64,000 nucleotides of DNA, from positions 62,001 through 126,000 of IMG/VR virus record IMGVR_UViG_2030936005_000022. The stretch is one strand, 5' to 3'. The notes under the pieces are model-generated. The model saw only the letters and a list, made by a program, of their open reading frames with translations. It searched no databases and was not told the origin of the DNA. Positions 1 to 9,307 of the stretch are shown here, one piece after another; position 1 is the stretch's first letter; the number at the start of each line of letters is the position of its first letter. The stretch is from an uncultured virus (IMG/VR IMGVR_UViG_2030936005_000022) (taxonomy: Duplodnaviria; Heunggongvirae; Uroviricota; Caudoviricetes). Made by a program: the position numbers and the translations under genes.

Positions 1-590
1 GGACACACTGTGGTAGCTGGTACGATAAAACCATTATGTTGTGTATCATCTAATGTTCCTTTAGTTAATGATGTGAAAAATGTACCATCATTATTTCCAG
101 TATCTCCGGTTTGCATGGAACCGCATACAATACCACGGTTTGAACTAATAATAGACAACGCATACTTACCTGATGGGAAATATCCCGGATGATAAACTTT
201 ATTTGTGTTTATAGAAGAAGTCAAATTTGTTGTGTTTAATACATTTGGTAGATACGAATAATAAACACCAACTGTACCACCATTCGTACCGGGACGAAGT
301 GCTACCATAGTACCGTCATCTTCTAATAGAATCTTTATTCTACGATAGCTAGCGTTTTCAGATGCACCAACGAAGTCACCTGAAACACCAGCAGGTAGGT
401 AGTTGTGTGTACCATAGTGTGATAATGGAAGAGTACTTATAATATCTTCTAACTCTGCACGAGTATAACCATCAAGTACCATATTACCATTGGCATCAAA
501 CAATGTACCGTCTATACTTTGTACTGTTCTTAGGCCAGAAGCGAACGCTTGGTGTGTAACGTTATAGCCTCCATAAATTCTTTTTGTCAT
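1..590 (-). CDS. Partial CDS running off the window start; probable late/virion protein
   Basis: Open frame from ATG at 590 (MTKRIYGGYNVTHQAFASG...), absent from the ORF track; purine-rich SD; TAAATA at 623-628; G/T/N-rich. Confidence 0.7.
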   Translation of the reverse strand, partial: MTKRIYGGYNVTHQAFASGLRTVQSIDGTLFDANGNMVLDGYTRAELEDIISTLPLSHYGTHNYLPAGVSGDFVGASENASYRRIKILLEDDGTMVALRPGTNGGTVGVYYSYLPNVLNTTNLTSSINTNKVYHPGYFPSGKYALSIISSNRGIVCGSMQTGDTGNNDGTFFTSLTKGTLDDTQHNGFIVPATTVC

Positions 591-638
591 TTTATATCCC
601 TTTAGTTAGATATCCATTATTATATTTATGTACAAAAC

Positions 639-663
639 AAAAAAGCACCCATAGGGTGCTTTT
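639..663 (-). terminator. Intrinsic terminator after nrdG
   Basis: AAAAGCACCC-ATA-GGGTGCTTTT hairpin with T-run on minus strand. Confidence 0.8.
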
Positions 664-664
664 G

Positions 665-1135
665 TTAGAAATCTGTACCTTTTCTTAGTACTCTTTGGTT
701 ATTTGAACCTCTGAAGGGTAAATTCAAATTCTTTTCCTCTTGAATGAATTTTCCATCAATCAGTACATCAATGTACTTTAAAAGTGGTAGTGCATGGTTG
801 TTCTGAACTTCCTCTAATGTATATCCGGTCCAGCACCAAATGTCTTTATCTGGGAATATTGTCTTTGCTTTAGCACAAAGTTGAAGTACTGTATCAATAT
901 TCTTTTTCATTAGTGGATCACCACCAAGTAAGGACAATCCTGAAACGTAAGACTTACTTAGTTCAATTAGAATCTGGTCTTCAGTACTGGCAGTATATTC
1001 AGAACCACTCCTGTAATCCCATGCTTTTTCATTGAAACAGCCCGGACAACCATGACTGCATCCTGAAACGAAGAGAGAGCATCGAATGCCCTCTCCATTA
1101 ACTAAATCATCTTTAATGATAGTTTCGTAATTCAT
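665..1135 (-). CDS. nrdG: Anaerobic ribonucleotide reductase activase (radical SAM)
   Basis: NGEGIRCSLFVSGC, CxxxCxxC (CSHGCPGC), LGGDPL, DVLIDGKF, FRGSNNQR; adjacent to nrdD. Confidence 0.97.
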   Translation of the reverse strand: MNYETIIKDDLVNGEGIRCSLFVSGCSHGCPGCFNEKAWDYRSGSEYTASTEDQILIELSKSYVSGLSLLGGDPLMKKNIDTVLQLCAKAKTIFPDKDIWCWTGYTLEEVQNNHALPLLKYIDVLIDGKFIQEEKNLNLPFRGSNNQRVLRKGTDF

Positions 1136-1142
1136 TTATACC

Positions 1143-2951
1143 TCAATTAGTATGTTTTGTACGTTCAGTACATTCTTGTTGTTTACCTTTATTAAAGCCT
1201 CTTGATGATGGATTTCCCAAATACCCTGATACTCTACGGATAACTGACATTGTTTTGTCATTTCTGTTATTACAACTTGGACAATGGAATCCATCACGAT
1301 CAACAGCAAACTCACCCTCAAAGGAACATGCATAGCACTTGTCAACTGGTTGGTTAATACCAAAGTACGGCACTCTGAAATAAGCATAGTCAACCAACGC
1401 TTCTAGTGCTTTTAGGTTGTTTTTAAGGTTAGGTGTCTCAACGTAACTAATGTTACCTCCGTTGCTCAAGTAAGCAAAATCTTCTTCGTAGTTCCACTTC
1501 TCGAATGGTGTACTCTCAACCCATACTGGTTGGTGGAATGAGTTGGTAATGTAGTCGCGTTTGAGTACTGAAGGGAATTTACCCTCAATTGCACGTGCAA
1601 ACTTGTAACAAAGGCTCTCTGCTGGTGTACCGTAAAGACTGAAAGCTAAACGGCTTTGTGTTGAGAAGTCTTTACATTTTGTCTTCATGTAACTTAGAAT
1701 AGAAGTACAGAAGGTTTTGTCAATGTTTCCTTTAAGAATCTCACTGCACTCTGCTAAACCGACATACCCAATGCTAATACTAGCATATCCATCATAGAAT
1801 AGCTGTTCGATTGTATCCTCTGGATCTAACCTTGCAAGTACTCCTTCGGTGAATAGGATTGGGTTTTGTTTTGCTTTCATACTCTTTAAACGCTCTACAC
1901 GGTTCATCTGAGCACGATACGCCATTTGCATATGTTGGTCTATCTTAGTATAGAAATCGCCGTCAGAGGCCGATTCAAGGGCTAATAATGGAAGATTAAT
2001 GCTTACAACGCCAAGGTTGAAACGTCCATTGTATTGTTCAACTTCTTCTTTGTTTTCCCAACGACTAAGGAAGGAACGACAGCCCATAGGTGTAACTGCT
2101 TCTGAAGTACTACCAGTTACTTTACGGTTCAAAGGTACGGAAACGAAGTCTGGGTAGATGCGTTTAGCTGCACATTGAAGGGCTTTCTGTTTTAAATCAT
2201 AATTCACATCAGTACTGTTCATGTTCGTTCCTTGCTCTAGGAAGAACACAACTTTAGGAAACACTGGTGTGCTTCCATCAATCCCTAAACCATTTTCGTG
2301 CACATCAAGATATGCCTCGGTAATCATTCTACCGAACTTTGTAGTACTCAAACCTAGGCTTAATGTAACAAATGGTGTTTGACCGTTGCTTGATGTTATT
2401 GTGTTCACTTGATATAGAAGTGCTTGCATTGCATCATAGACTTCTTTACGTAATGAGTACTCAACGTATTCATCGCTGAGGTTAAATTCTTTTTGTAGTT
2501 TTAGTAGTTTTTGATACGATTTCTCTACATATGGCTCTAAACCGCGATCAATGTGCGGTAGAGACTGTCCACCGTATTGACTAGCTGAAACAGCTAAAAC
2601 GATTTGTGTTAGTACTGTACTTGCTACACCAATACTATTTGGCGAACCTACTTGTGCGTTTCCTATTTTGAAACCACGTTTAAGCATGTCCTCATAATTA
2701 ACTAAACAACAGTTAGTAAGAGGGCTAATGTAGTAATCTAAGTCATGAATGTGACCATATCCATCTTTATGCCATTGCATTAAATCATCAGCAACAACAT
2801 CCTCCGCGTAGTGTTTGGAAAGGATACCTGCAAGTAAATCACGATGCGTGTTAACTATCTTGGCATCTTTATTTGCATTCTCATTTAGTAGATCTTGATT
2901 ACTTTGGTTCAAGAAATTGGTTACATCATTGTATAAATTATCATTTTTCAT
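1143..2951 (-). CDS. nrdD: Class III ribonucleoside-triphosphate reductase, no N-terminal ATP cone
   Basis: NENANKD, HIHDLD, TNCCL, QYGGQS, MGCRSFL, GRFNLGVVSINLP, TPAESLC, Zn-binding CxxC...CxxC, glycyl-radical motif RRVSGYL. Confidence 0.98.
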   Translation of the reverse strand: MKNDNLYNDVTNFLNQSNQDLLNENANKDAKIVNTHRDLLAGILSKHYAEDVVADDLMQWHKDGYGHIHDLDYYISPLTNCCLVNYEDMLKRGFKIGNAQVGSPNSIGVASTVLTQIVLAVSASQYGGQSLPHIDRGLEPYVEKSYQKLLKLQKEFNLSDEYVEYSLRKEVYDAMQALLYQVNTITSSNGQTPFVTLSLGLSTTKFGRMITEAYLDVHENGLGIDGSTPVFPKVVFFLEQGTNMNSTDVNYDLKQKALQCAAKRIYPDFVSVPLNRKVTGSTSEAVTPMGCRSFLSRWENKEEVEQYNGRFNLGVVSINLPLLALESASDGDFYTKIDQHMQMAYRAQMNRVERLKSMKAKQNPILFTEGVLARLDPEDTIEQLFYDGYASISIGYVGLAECSEILKGNIDKTFCTSILSYMKTKCKDFSTQSRLAFSLYGTPAESLCYKFARAIEGKFPSVLKRDYITNSFHQPVWVESTPFEKWNYEEDFAYLSNGGNISYVETPNLKNNLKALEALVDYAYFRVPYFGINQPVDKCYACSFEGEFAVDRDGFHCPSCNNRNDKTMSVIRRVSGYLGNPSSRGFNKGKQQECTERTKHTN

Positions 2952-3000
2952 TTAGACTCTCCGTGTCATATGGGTGAAATTATTTAGATAGTACCATTTT

Positions 3001-3029
3001 ATTATATCACATATAACCCGGTATGTCCC
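3001..3029 (-). promoter_or_regulatory. Promoter GGGACA-N17-TATAAT with extended -10, upstream of nrdD
   Basis: Minus strand GGGACA-TACCGGGTTATATGTGA-TATAAT; same architecture at four other sites. Confidence 0.8.
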
Positions 3030-3043
3030 TTGATCTGGATCAA
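3030..3043. promoter_or_regulatory. FNR binding site
   Basis: TTGAT-CTGG-ATCAA is an exact match to TTGAT-N4-ATCAA and abuts the -35 of the nrdD promoter. Confidence 0.75.
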
Positions 3044-3077
3044 GGAAATGGCACATTGATGCTTAAGTGAACAAACG

Positions 3078-3102
3078 AAAAAAAGCACCCTAGGGTGCTT
3101 TT
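3078..3102 (-). terminator. Intrinsic terminator, near-identical to 639-663
   Basis: AAAAGCACCC-TA-GGGTGCTTTT. Confidence 0.8.
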
Positions 3103-3103
3103 A

Positions 3104-3547
3104 TTACCACATTTGACAGTGTGGATGGTCATAAATTTCATCAAAGAAGTCAATAGTGTTGAGGAATTCCAATGCTGATTCTTTACTTTCGAACCGCATA
3201 AATTGATCACCATCATCACAACCTATGAACCATACACAGTACTTATGAGTACTAAAACGTTCTAGGAACTCATCTCGGTAGTATTCATGTTGAAGTGCTT
3301 GTTCTTCCCGCATACCTTTGTAAGTTGGTTTTTCATACCAACATTCCAAATCGGTCATTACCGTTTCATTGTACTCACCAAACACTGGTGATACACGTTC
3401 ACAAACTGGATTTAGAGCACTGTTAGCAACAGTATAATATCCGTGTTGGTCTGGGTCATCAACTAAAAGATATCCTAAAAAGTCTCTAGTACCCATCTTT
3501 TTATAGTATGGCTCAACCTGAATACTATTACTTTCTTGTAATAACAT
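3104..3547 (-). CDS. Hypothetical protein
   Basis: 147 aa, coupled to upstream ORF. Confidence 0.75.
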   Translation of the reverse strand: MLLQESNSIQVEPYYKKMGTRDFLGYLLVDDPDQHGYYTVANSALNPVCERVSPVFGEYNETVMTDLECWYEKPTYKGMREEQALQHEYYRDEFLERFSTHKYCVWFIGCDDGDQFMRFESKESALEFLNTIDFFDEIYDHPHCQMW

Positions 3548-3729
3548 TACTCGTCCTCAAATGGTGACCATTGGATAGTTACAATGAACTGACCTTCTTG
3601 GATACCATTTTCATCTTGTGGGATGTCAGCAACGAACTCATTGAAGCGTGAATCAAATGCTTCCACTACGTCACGTTGTACATCGTAGATGCTCTCACCA
3701 TCGTATTCTTTACTAAAGATTGTCTTCAT
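3547..3729 (-). CDS. Small acidic hypothetical protein
   Basis: 60 aa, stop/start overlaps on both sides. Confidence 0.7.
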   Translation of the reverse strand: MKTIFSKEYDGESIYDVQRDVVEAFDSRFNEFVADIPQDENGIQEGQFIVTIQWSPFEDE

Positions 3730-4283
3730 TTACGCACCTCGAATTTAAACATACTACCAAGGATTTCTAGAATCTTCTCTGGCATTTCTTCATGAGTGAA
3801 ACGAGTCATATCAAAGTAGTCAACATCTAGTTCGTGTAGCTTGTTCATAAAGATACGATCAAGATGTTTGGCTTCTTCTAGTGATTGAGTACGACCATAT
3901 TGGTCATATTGTGGTTTACGTGGTAGCAAGAACACTAGATTATCATCGTATTCATTGAAAAGATCAATTGATAGTTGAGTACTAAGATTCTTTGAATCCT
4001 TATAGAATTCATTATATACAACACCATTGAGTAATGAAGCATCACTAATAATGAAATCTACTTTACCTTGTAGGCGACGTAGACGGTGGTTCTGTTGTGC
4101 AGTAATTAGGATCTGATCGTGCATTGCACCTTTGTTTTCATCATACACATAGTCCTTAATGACTTCTGTAACGATTTCAACTTTCTGGTCAGATTTTAGT
4201 TTCATAGCTGCGAATAGTCCAGCGGCTGTAGTACTTTTACCACAGCATGGTCCACCTACTAGGTTAACAATTTTGGTTATCAT
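3726..4283 (-). CDS. NadR/AAA_28-like P-loop kinase/ATPase
   Basis: Walker A GGPCCGKSTT, IISDASL, YDQYGRTQ. Confidence 0.75.
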   Translation of the reverse strand: MITKIVNLVGGPCCGKSTTAAGLFAAMKLKSDQKVEIVTEVIKDYVYDENKGAMHDQILITAQQNHRLRRLQGKVDFIISDASLLNGVVYNEFYKDSKNLSTQLSIDLFNEYDDNLVFLLPRKPQYDQYGRTQSLEEAKHLDRIFMNKLHELDVDYFDMTRFTHEEMPEKILEILGSMFKFEVRK

Positions 4284-4644
4284 CGATTAGGTTCTCCAAT
4301 ACTTTGTTTATTTTTGTTTGGTATACGGCAGCAATTTTCTGAACTTCTTGGTTGTACCATGACCGTGCTTCTTCTTCTGTATCGAAGACCCATACATATT
4401 CTACTGCACTAATAATTTTACCTTTCGAACTTTTAGCAACTAAGTACTGTAGATTCTTATCATTGTAGTACATTCCAGTACGGTAAGGTTTAGCTGGATC
4501 ATTGCGTTCTAAAGTGACTAAAGTTGGCTTTACATTACAAGCAGGAACAGAACGTAGTTTAGGATTGGCATAACCACTAATATAGAATGATTTGCCTAGT
4601 CCAATTTTTACTTGTACAAAATCACGAAGACATGCATATTGCAT
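4264..4644 (-). CDS. Hypothetical protein, paralog of the next gene
   Basis: Shares VKPT and VFD-x-E-x-E...YN motifs with 4647-5091. Confidence 0.7.
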   Translation of the reverse strand: MQYACLRDFVQVKIGLGKSFYISGYANPKLRSVPACNVKPTLVTLERNDPAKPYRTGMYYNDKNLQYLVAKSSKGKIISAVEYVWVFDTEEEARSWYNQEVQKIAAVYQTKINKVLENLIDDNQNC

Positions 4645-4646
4645 AA

Positions 4647-5091
4647 TTATTCCTTTGGTTTAATGGTTAGTTCGCGAATCTCTTCCATTTCATTTTGATA
4701 GCCTACGCATAACGAATTGAAGTTCATATTCGTACTTCTTAAGTACTTCTAAGACTTGTTCATTGTACATGTCAATACACTCTTGTTCATTATCAAATAC
4801 GCATAAACCAATACCAGCATATGAGCGGTATCCGGTATTATCAAAAGGTGGAATGAGTTGCTTGAGGTTAGGGGAACCATCTTTTTTGAGTTTAGCTAGA
4901 CCTACGTGACTGTAGTAAATTTTTGGTTCTAGATCCGCATCACAAAAATCTTTAGAACCAGCAACATACACTTCAGTTGGCTTGACGTGTCGAATAGCTT
5001 TCTTATCTAACTCTTTGCGGTAGTCACAAACCCATAGCTTCTGACCAACGTATTTTTCACTATCAGTTAAATCTGTAATATCAATTTGCAT
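4647..5091 (-). CDS. Hypothetical protein with apparent +1 indel near 4700
   Basis: ORF stops at 4690 but the shifted frame continues QNEMEEIRELTIKPKE to a stop at 4647, just before the next gene. Confidence 0.6.
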
Positions 5092-6143
5092 TATTCAAAC
5101 CTCTTGTACTGTGTAGTAACAAAATCCTTACGAGTTTCTTGACGTTGCATTCCTAATAAATCTACTAGTAAATCGTCAATTTCTGGACCCCAAGCAACAC
5201 CAAGCACTGCATTACCTTCATATGTATTAATATCAGTAACTGTATTTGGGATAGCAATTTGGAGTGGATCAAATGTTGACCATTGGATTTGTGCACGTTG
5301 TTCTTGTACTTGAGCTTCTAGTTGACGTACACGAGCAGCTTCCTCAACTCGACGTTGACGCTCTTTAACTAGTTCTGATTCTAGACGATCAATCTGCTTC
5401 TGCTGTGCCTGTAGAGTACATCTCATGTTCTCCAATTGGGCACTGATGTTATCTACCTTGTTTTGAAGTGATTCAATCTGTTCAATCATGCCGATTAGCA
5501 TAGGTAGAATGATTTTAATTGAAGTGAATGCTTGGTTGATAGCAGAAGGAATGAAGAACTCATACGATAGATCTTTAGCGTGGCGTTCAATATCATAGTA
5601 CTGAATAGGACAAACCAACCATGTGTTTAGGTTGTTTTTCTTAGCTTCACTAACGAAATTGTTATAAGCGTAGTGTACATATTTCTCATAATTACCAATT
5701 AGAATTTTATCTTTCCTGACTAATTCCATTTTCACATACTGTGTTGGAATAACTAGTAGACCTAGTTTTTCAGCTACTTCTAGAATTCCGGGAACACTTG
5801 TTCGACAGGATTTAAGTACTTTATCTTTCTTTCCGTACTTTGAAAATTCAGGTCCACCATAAGAACTATATCCAATTGAAGAAATAACATCAACTGGTTT
5901 GAAGTCCAAATAGTTCACTTCTTTATCTTTGGCAGATAGTCGTTCGTTGAACTTTTCAGTCATTTCACTGATAACGTTGTTTAAATCTGATCGTTTTGTA
6001 CTACCCAATTCCTTTGCAGCATTAACTAGGGCAGAACTAACATCGATGAACTGTTGAACCTCACCCGCTACTTCTTCAGCGTATTTTACGCCTTTCTTAG
6101 AATTGCCGTACTTTACTTCTTTTAATAGATCTGCTAGAAGCAT
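5091..6143 (-). CDS. Hypothetical protein with long coiled coil
   Basis: Likely start MLLADLLKEV after GGAGA SD; Q/E/L heptad region. Confidence 0.8.
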   Translation of the reverse strand: MLLADLLKEVKYGNSKKGVKYAEEVAGEVQQFIDVSSALVNAAKELGSTKRSDLNNVISEMTEKFNERLSAKDKEVNYLDFKPVDVISSIGYSSYGGPEFSKYGKKDKVLKSCRTSVPGILEVAEKLGLLVIPTQYVKMELVRKDKILIGNYEKYVHYAYNNFVSEAKKNNLNTWLVCPIQYYDIERHAKDLSYEFFIPSAINQAFTSIKIILPMLIGMIEQIESLQNKVDNISAQLENMRCTLQAQQKQIDRLESELVKERQRRVEEAARVRQLEAQVQEQRAQIQWSTFDPLQIAIPNTVTDINTYEGNAVLGVAWGPEIDDLLVDLLGMQRQETRKDFVTTQYKRFE

Positions 6144-6153
6144 AAATGCTCTC

Positions 6154-6522
6154 CTATGTATGAATAATTTCTTTAATACCAAACTTCTTAATAGCAATAC
6201 TGCAAATCTCACATGGTGCAGCAGTAATAGGATTACCATTATTGTCAACACGTGCGATCAGTAATGTGTGTACTTCTTTTCCTTTAGCAGCAACTAAAGC
6301 AGCAATCTCTGCGTGAACAAAGATTGCTTCAGGACGACCAGCCATTACAGCAAAGTGCTTCTGTACTGGATGTGACAGAGTGTAGGAATTGGTCTTGGTG
6401 CTGATTACACGACCTTTTTTGTCCAGTGCACGAGCAATAACGCGAAAGCGTCTACGTTCACTGGACTGTTCCAGAGGGGGCATATTGTTCAGTACTTTAA
6501 CTAATTTCTGTATCTCTGTCAT
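6154..6522 (-). CDS. Zn-dependent cytidine/deoxycytidylate deaminase-fold protein
   Basis: HAEIAAL and PCEIC motifs. Confidence 0.8.
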   Translation of the reverse strand: MTEIQKLVKVLNNMPPLEQSSERRRFRVIARALDKKGRVISTKTNSYTLSHPVQKHFAVMAGRPEAIFVHAEIAALVAAKGKEVHTLLIARVDNNGNPITAAPCEICSIAIKKFGIKEIIHT

Positions 6523-7148
6523 TTCCTCACCAAGTCGATTCCGTATTTTAATGAAAGTTCAGCTTCGTACACTTTGAATGTCTCTTTCTCTAAGTGCTCG
6601 TCAATTTCTTCGTATTCATCAATACTACACGTTTTCCGGTGCTCTGTCAAGGCTTGGATTGTTTTTTTCATGCACTCAATATCATCAGTGTATATTTCAA
6701 TCTGTTCTTTATCTAGTACATCATTCTTCCAATCTTCAGTGAGTCTCCATGAAGTATGAAGTTTTCTCGATTTGGCAGTAATCACTGATTTAGAAATGTT
6801 GATACTATACACTTCTTTGAATTTAGCACTAGCTTCTTCTTCTGTATAATCCCCATACTTTTTCAATACTAAATTATACATATTATCAATTGCTTCTTCA
6901 TATGTCCAACCGCCACAATCCAATTCATAATCATGACCTGACTCATACTTCTCTTCACCTTCATGTTTGAAGGGAACCATTACTTCAATCCACAACTGTA
7001 ACTTGGTGTTTAGTGGTTTATAATCCTCAATTCGTCCAGTACTTGGACATACCATATGTGGCTCTATTTCAATATGAACCATAGCACCATCTTTATTGAT
7101 AAATGCAGGATGTTCAGTAACCCACCAATATTTGTCACATGTATTCAT
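6519..7148 (-). CDS. Hypothetical protein
   Basis: Likely start MNTCDK after GGAGA SD. Confidence 0.75.
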   Translation of the reverse strand: MNTCDKYWWVTEHPAFINKDGAMVHIEIEPHMVCPSTGRIEDYKPLNTKLQLWIEVMVPFKHEGEEKYESGHDYELDCGGWTYEEAIDNMYNLVLKKYGDYTEEEASAKFKEVYSINISKSVITAKSRKLHTSWRLTEDWKNDVLDKEQIEIYTDDIECMKKTIQALTEHRKTCSIDEYEEIDEHLEKETFKVYEAELSLKYGIDLVRK

Positions 7149-7170
7149 AAATTCTCCATTCAATTAAAGC

Positions 7171-7281
7171 GAAAGTACTATCGCCCTCTGTTTTGGTATC
7201 TTTGAGTAGGGATACAGAGTATTCGCTGTGCGGTACGGACTTATACTGGATTTTGCCAGAGGCACGGCTTATAGTACTTTC
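7171..7281. other. Intergenic multibranch structured element
   Basis: 11-bp terminal inverted repeat GAAAGTACTAT/ATAGTACTTTC enclosing two hairpin arms. Confidence 0.6.
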
Positions 7282-7288
7282 TTATTTG

Positions 7289-7630
7289 TTATCCGCGACT
7301 CAAGTCACCGATTAGGAATGAACCATCTTTCATTTCAAGTACTTGTACTTCTACTTCACCATCAAATTCAGTTTCGTCATCAAAGTAGTACTCAGTGATG
7401 CTGCGAATGTCTTTAATTTGAACATCATAACATTCACCATCTAGATCATAACCGAAGTCCGGTACATCAGCGTCAGCACGACTATCTTCATCGATTTCAA
7501 TCCAAACATAGTCTTCAGTAACGTTAGCAAAGTCTGCTTCCATGATACGGTCTTCATCAAAGAGAGCTTTCATATCATCAACGCCTTGACGTGCCATGTA
7601 CTCAATCAAAAAGTCTTTAGCTTGGGACAT
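7289..7630 (-). CDS. Acidic hypothetical protein
   Basis: 113 aa, SD present. Confidence 0.75.
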   Translation of the reverse strand: MSQAKDFLIEYMARQGVDDMKALFDEDRIMEADFANVTEDYVWIEIDEDSRADADVPDFGYDLDGECYDVQIKDIRSITEYYFDDETEFDGEVEVQVLEMKDGSFLIGDLSRG

Positions 7631-7632
7631 AA

Positions 7633-7821
7633 TTATTCCTTATTACAAATGTACTCAAATGATGGTAGTCCATTCACGAACACAATGTTCGAATCGGCTA
7701 CTGCACAGTTATCTGGAGCATTCGCACCAAATGGATGATATTCGGTATGACCGGGATCGTGTTGGAAATTAGTAACACAACCACTTAGAAGTACTGCTAG
7801 ACTTAGAATAATAATTTTCAT
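7633..7821 (-). CDS. Small lipoprotein
   Basis: Signal peptide with lipobox LSGC. Confidence 0.7.
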   Translation of the reverse strand: MKIIILSLAVLLSGCVTNFQHDPGHTEYHPFGANAPDNCAVADSNIVFVNGLPSFEYICNKE

Positions 7822-8318
7822 TAGATAGTCCTCTTGCGAATTGGTTTAGATGAATCTGGTCTGAATTTATTGGTAGAACTGAAGTAACCCTTACCTTCAG
7901 GACATGATTTATCGGCTGCTTTGTGCAAGCTGGGACTTTTCCCGCAGTGCAAACATTCAAAACCAACAATAGGAAGTGCATCTTCTACATAGTGTGGATC
8001 TTCGAGAATCATGACTGATACATAGTCATCAAATGCTTTTAGATCAACGAATCCATCAGTAATAAAATGCACGTTGTCATATTCAAGACCGTTTAGTAGA
8101 GACTCGACTAAACCACCACCATCACCAACATTGAAATCCCAACCAGTATTGAACTCTTCAAGAGTACAGAAGTGTAGTTTAGTAGTAACTTTAACTACTT
8201 GTACTTCAGAATTAGCAGAAAGTGCATGTACTGTTTCATTAACAATTTTCTTTGTATGTTCCCAACGGTCCATATCAGTGAAAGAACCGGACGCATCTAC
8301 TGCTACTAAAATTTTCAT
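7821..8318 (-). CDS. vWA-like domain protein with C-terminal Cys/His motif
   Basis: MIDAS DASGS, FITDG; C-terminal CLHC...H...C. Confidence 0.65.
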   Translation of the reverse strand: MKILVAVDASGSFTDMDRWEHTKKIVNETVHALSANSEVQVVKVTTKLHFCTLEEFNTGWDFNVGDGGGLVESLLNGLEYDNVHFITDGFVDLKAFDDYVSVMILEDPHYVEDALPIVGFECLHCGKSPSLHKAADKSCPEGKGYFSSTNKFRPDSSKPIRKRTI

Positions 8319-8378
8319 AATTAACTCCAGTTGATTTGATAGGGGAATTATATCAAGACACAAATCCCCTGTCAACCA

Positions 8379-9224
8379 TTATTTTAGGGTGTCACGCCAT
8401 TTATTCAACTTCACTAGCATATACGAAAGAAATTCCCGTTCAATTTCTTCTGGAGTCATCCCCGGACATTGTAACGCAAACATATCCATTGCACAGATTG
8501 CTAAATCAACCGCTTCACCTTTAACACCATCAGTACCTGCTTCTTTGTAAGATAGACCATCAGCGATGTTCATCTCAAGAGTCATTTCACCTAGTTCTTC
8601 GTTAGCTTTGCGAAGTACATAGTTTTCAGAACGGTAAGCATCGGAATTCTTTGGACCAAGACCAACACTCATATTGAACATAGATGTTAGTACTGGTTCA
8701 TCTAAATCAATTTGTTTGATGCGGTATTTTTTATCCATACTTCTCCATTCGTCGTGTGGGACAATGTTGTATGGGCTTAGTTCTGGATCAAAAACAGTCT
8801 CTTCTACTTTTGGTTTTAGTAGTGTATCAAGGCCATCTTTCATTGCTTTCTTCTGATTTTTAGTACAGAATTGTTCGAAATAAATTGATGCCCGACCACT
8901 GATTTCAAGTAACTGATAGAACTCTTGAATACGGCGTGTATGTTTATCTTCGCCTTGGTGATGCTTATGAGCATACGCTAAACGGTAGATAGCTAGAAGT
9001 ACTTCACCATCAGGAGTAATCTTGTACTCATGGATAGCTTGGTCGTATAAGTCTTGTTGACCACATGAATTATATTCACCCCACAAACCGCTCGTTACCC
9101 AATTAATCATTTTGTTTTTAATTAGATAATCTAAATTTTCAGACCACTTACCTTGATATTCACATGAGCGGATAGTAAAACCACCATTGTGTTTAGCGTG
9201 ATATAGAATCTTCTCTTTATCCAT
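8379..9224 (-). CDS. Protein with C-terminal MazG-like NTP pyrophosphohydrolase domain
   Basis: KANEELGEM...GEAVDLAICAMD fits EExxE...ExxD. Confidence 0.65.
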   Translation of the reverse strand: MDKEKILYHAKHNGGFTIRSCEYQGKWSENLDYLIKNKMINWVTSGLWGEYNSCGQQDLYDQAIHEYKITPDGEVLLAIYRLAYAHKHHQGEDKHTRRIQEFYQLLEISGRASIYFEQFCTKNQKKAMKDGLDTLLKPKVEETVFDPELSPYNIVPHDEWRSMDKKYRIKQIDLDEPVLTSMFNMSVGLGPKNSDAYRSENYVLRKANEELGEMTLEMNIADGLSYKEAGTDGVKGEAVDLAICAMDMFALQCPGMTPEEIEREFLSYMLVKLNKWRDTLK

Positions 9225-9284
9225 GATACTTCTCCGTTAGTACTTCACGATATACTTGTTTTCTTTGCATAATCACCTCAAAAG

Positions 9285-9307
9285 AAAAGGGAGCATTAGC
9301 TCCCTTT
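9285..9307 (-). terminator. Intrinsic terminator
   Basis: AAAGGGAGC-ATTA-GCTCCCTTT. Confidence 0.7.

Noticed and set aside
1143..2951. Intron or intein in nrdD (also checked for the ligases)
   Set aside because: Continuous ORFs of normal length; no intein terminal motifs.
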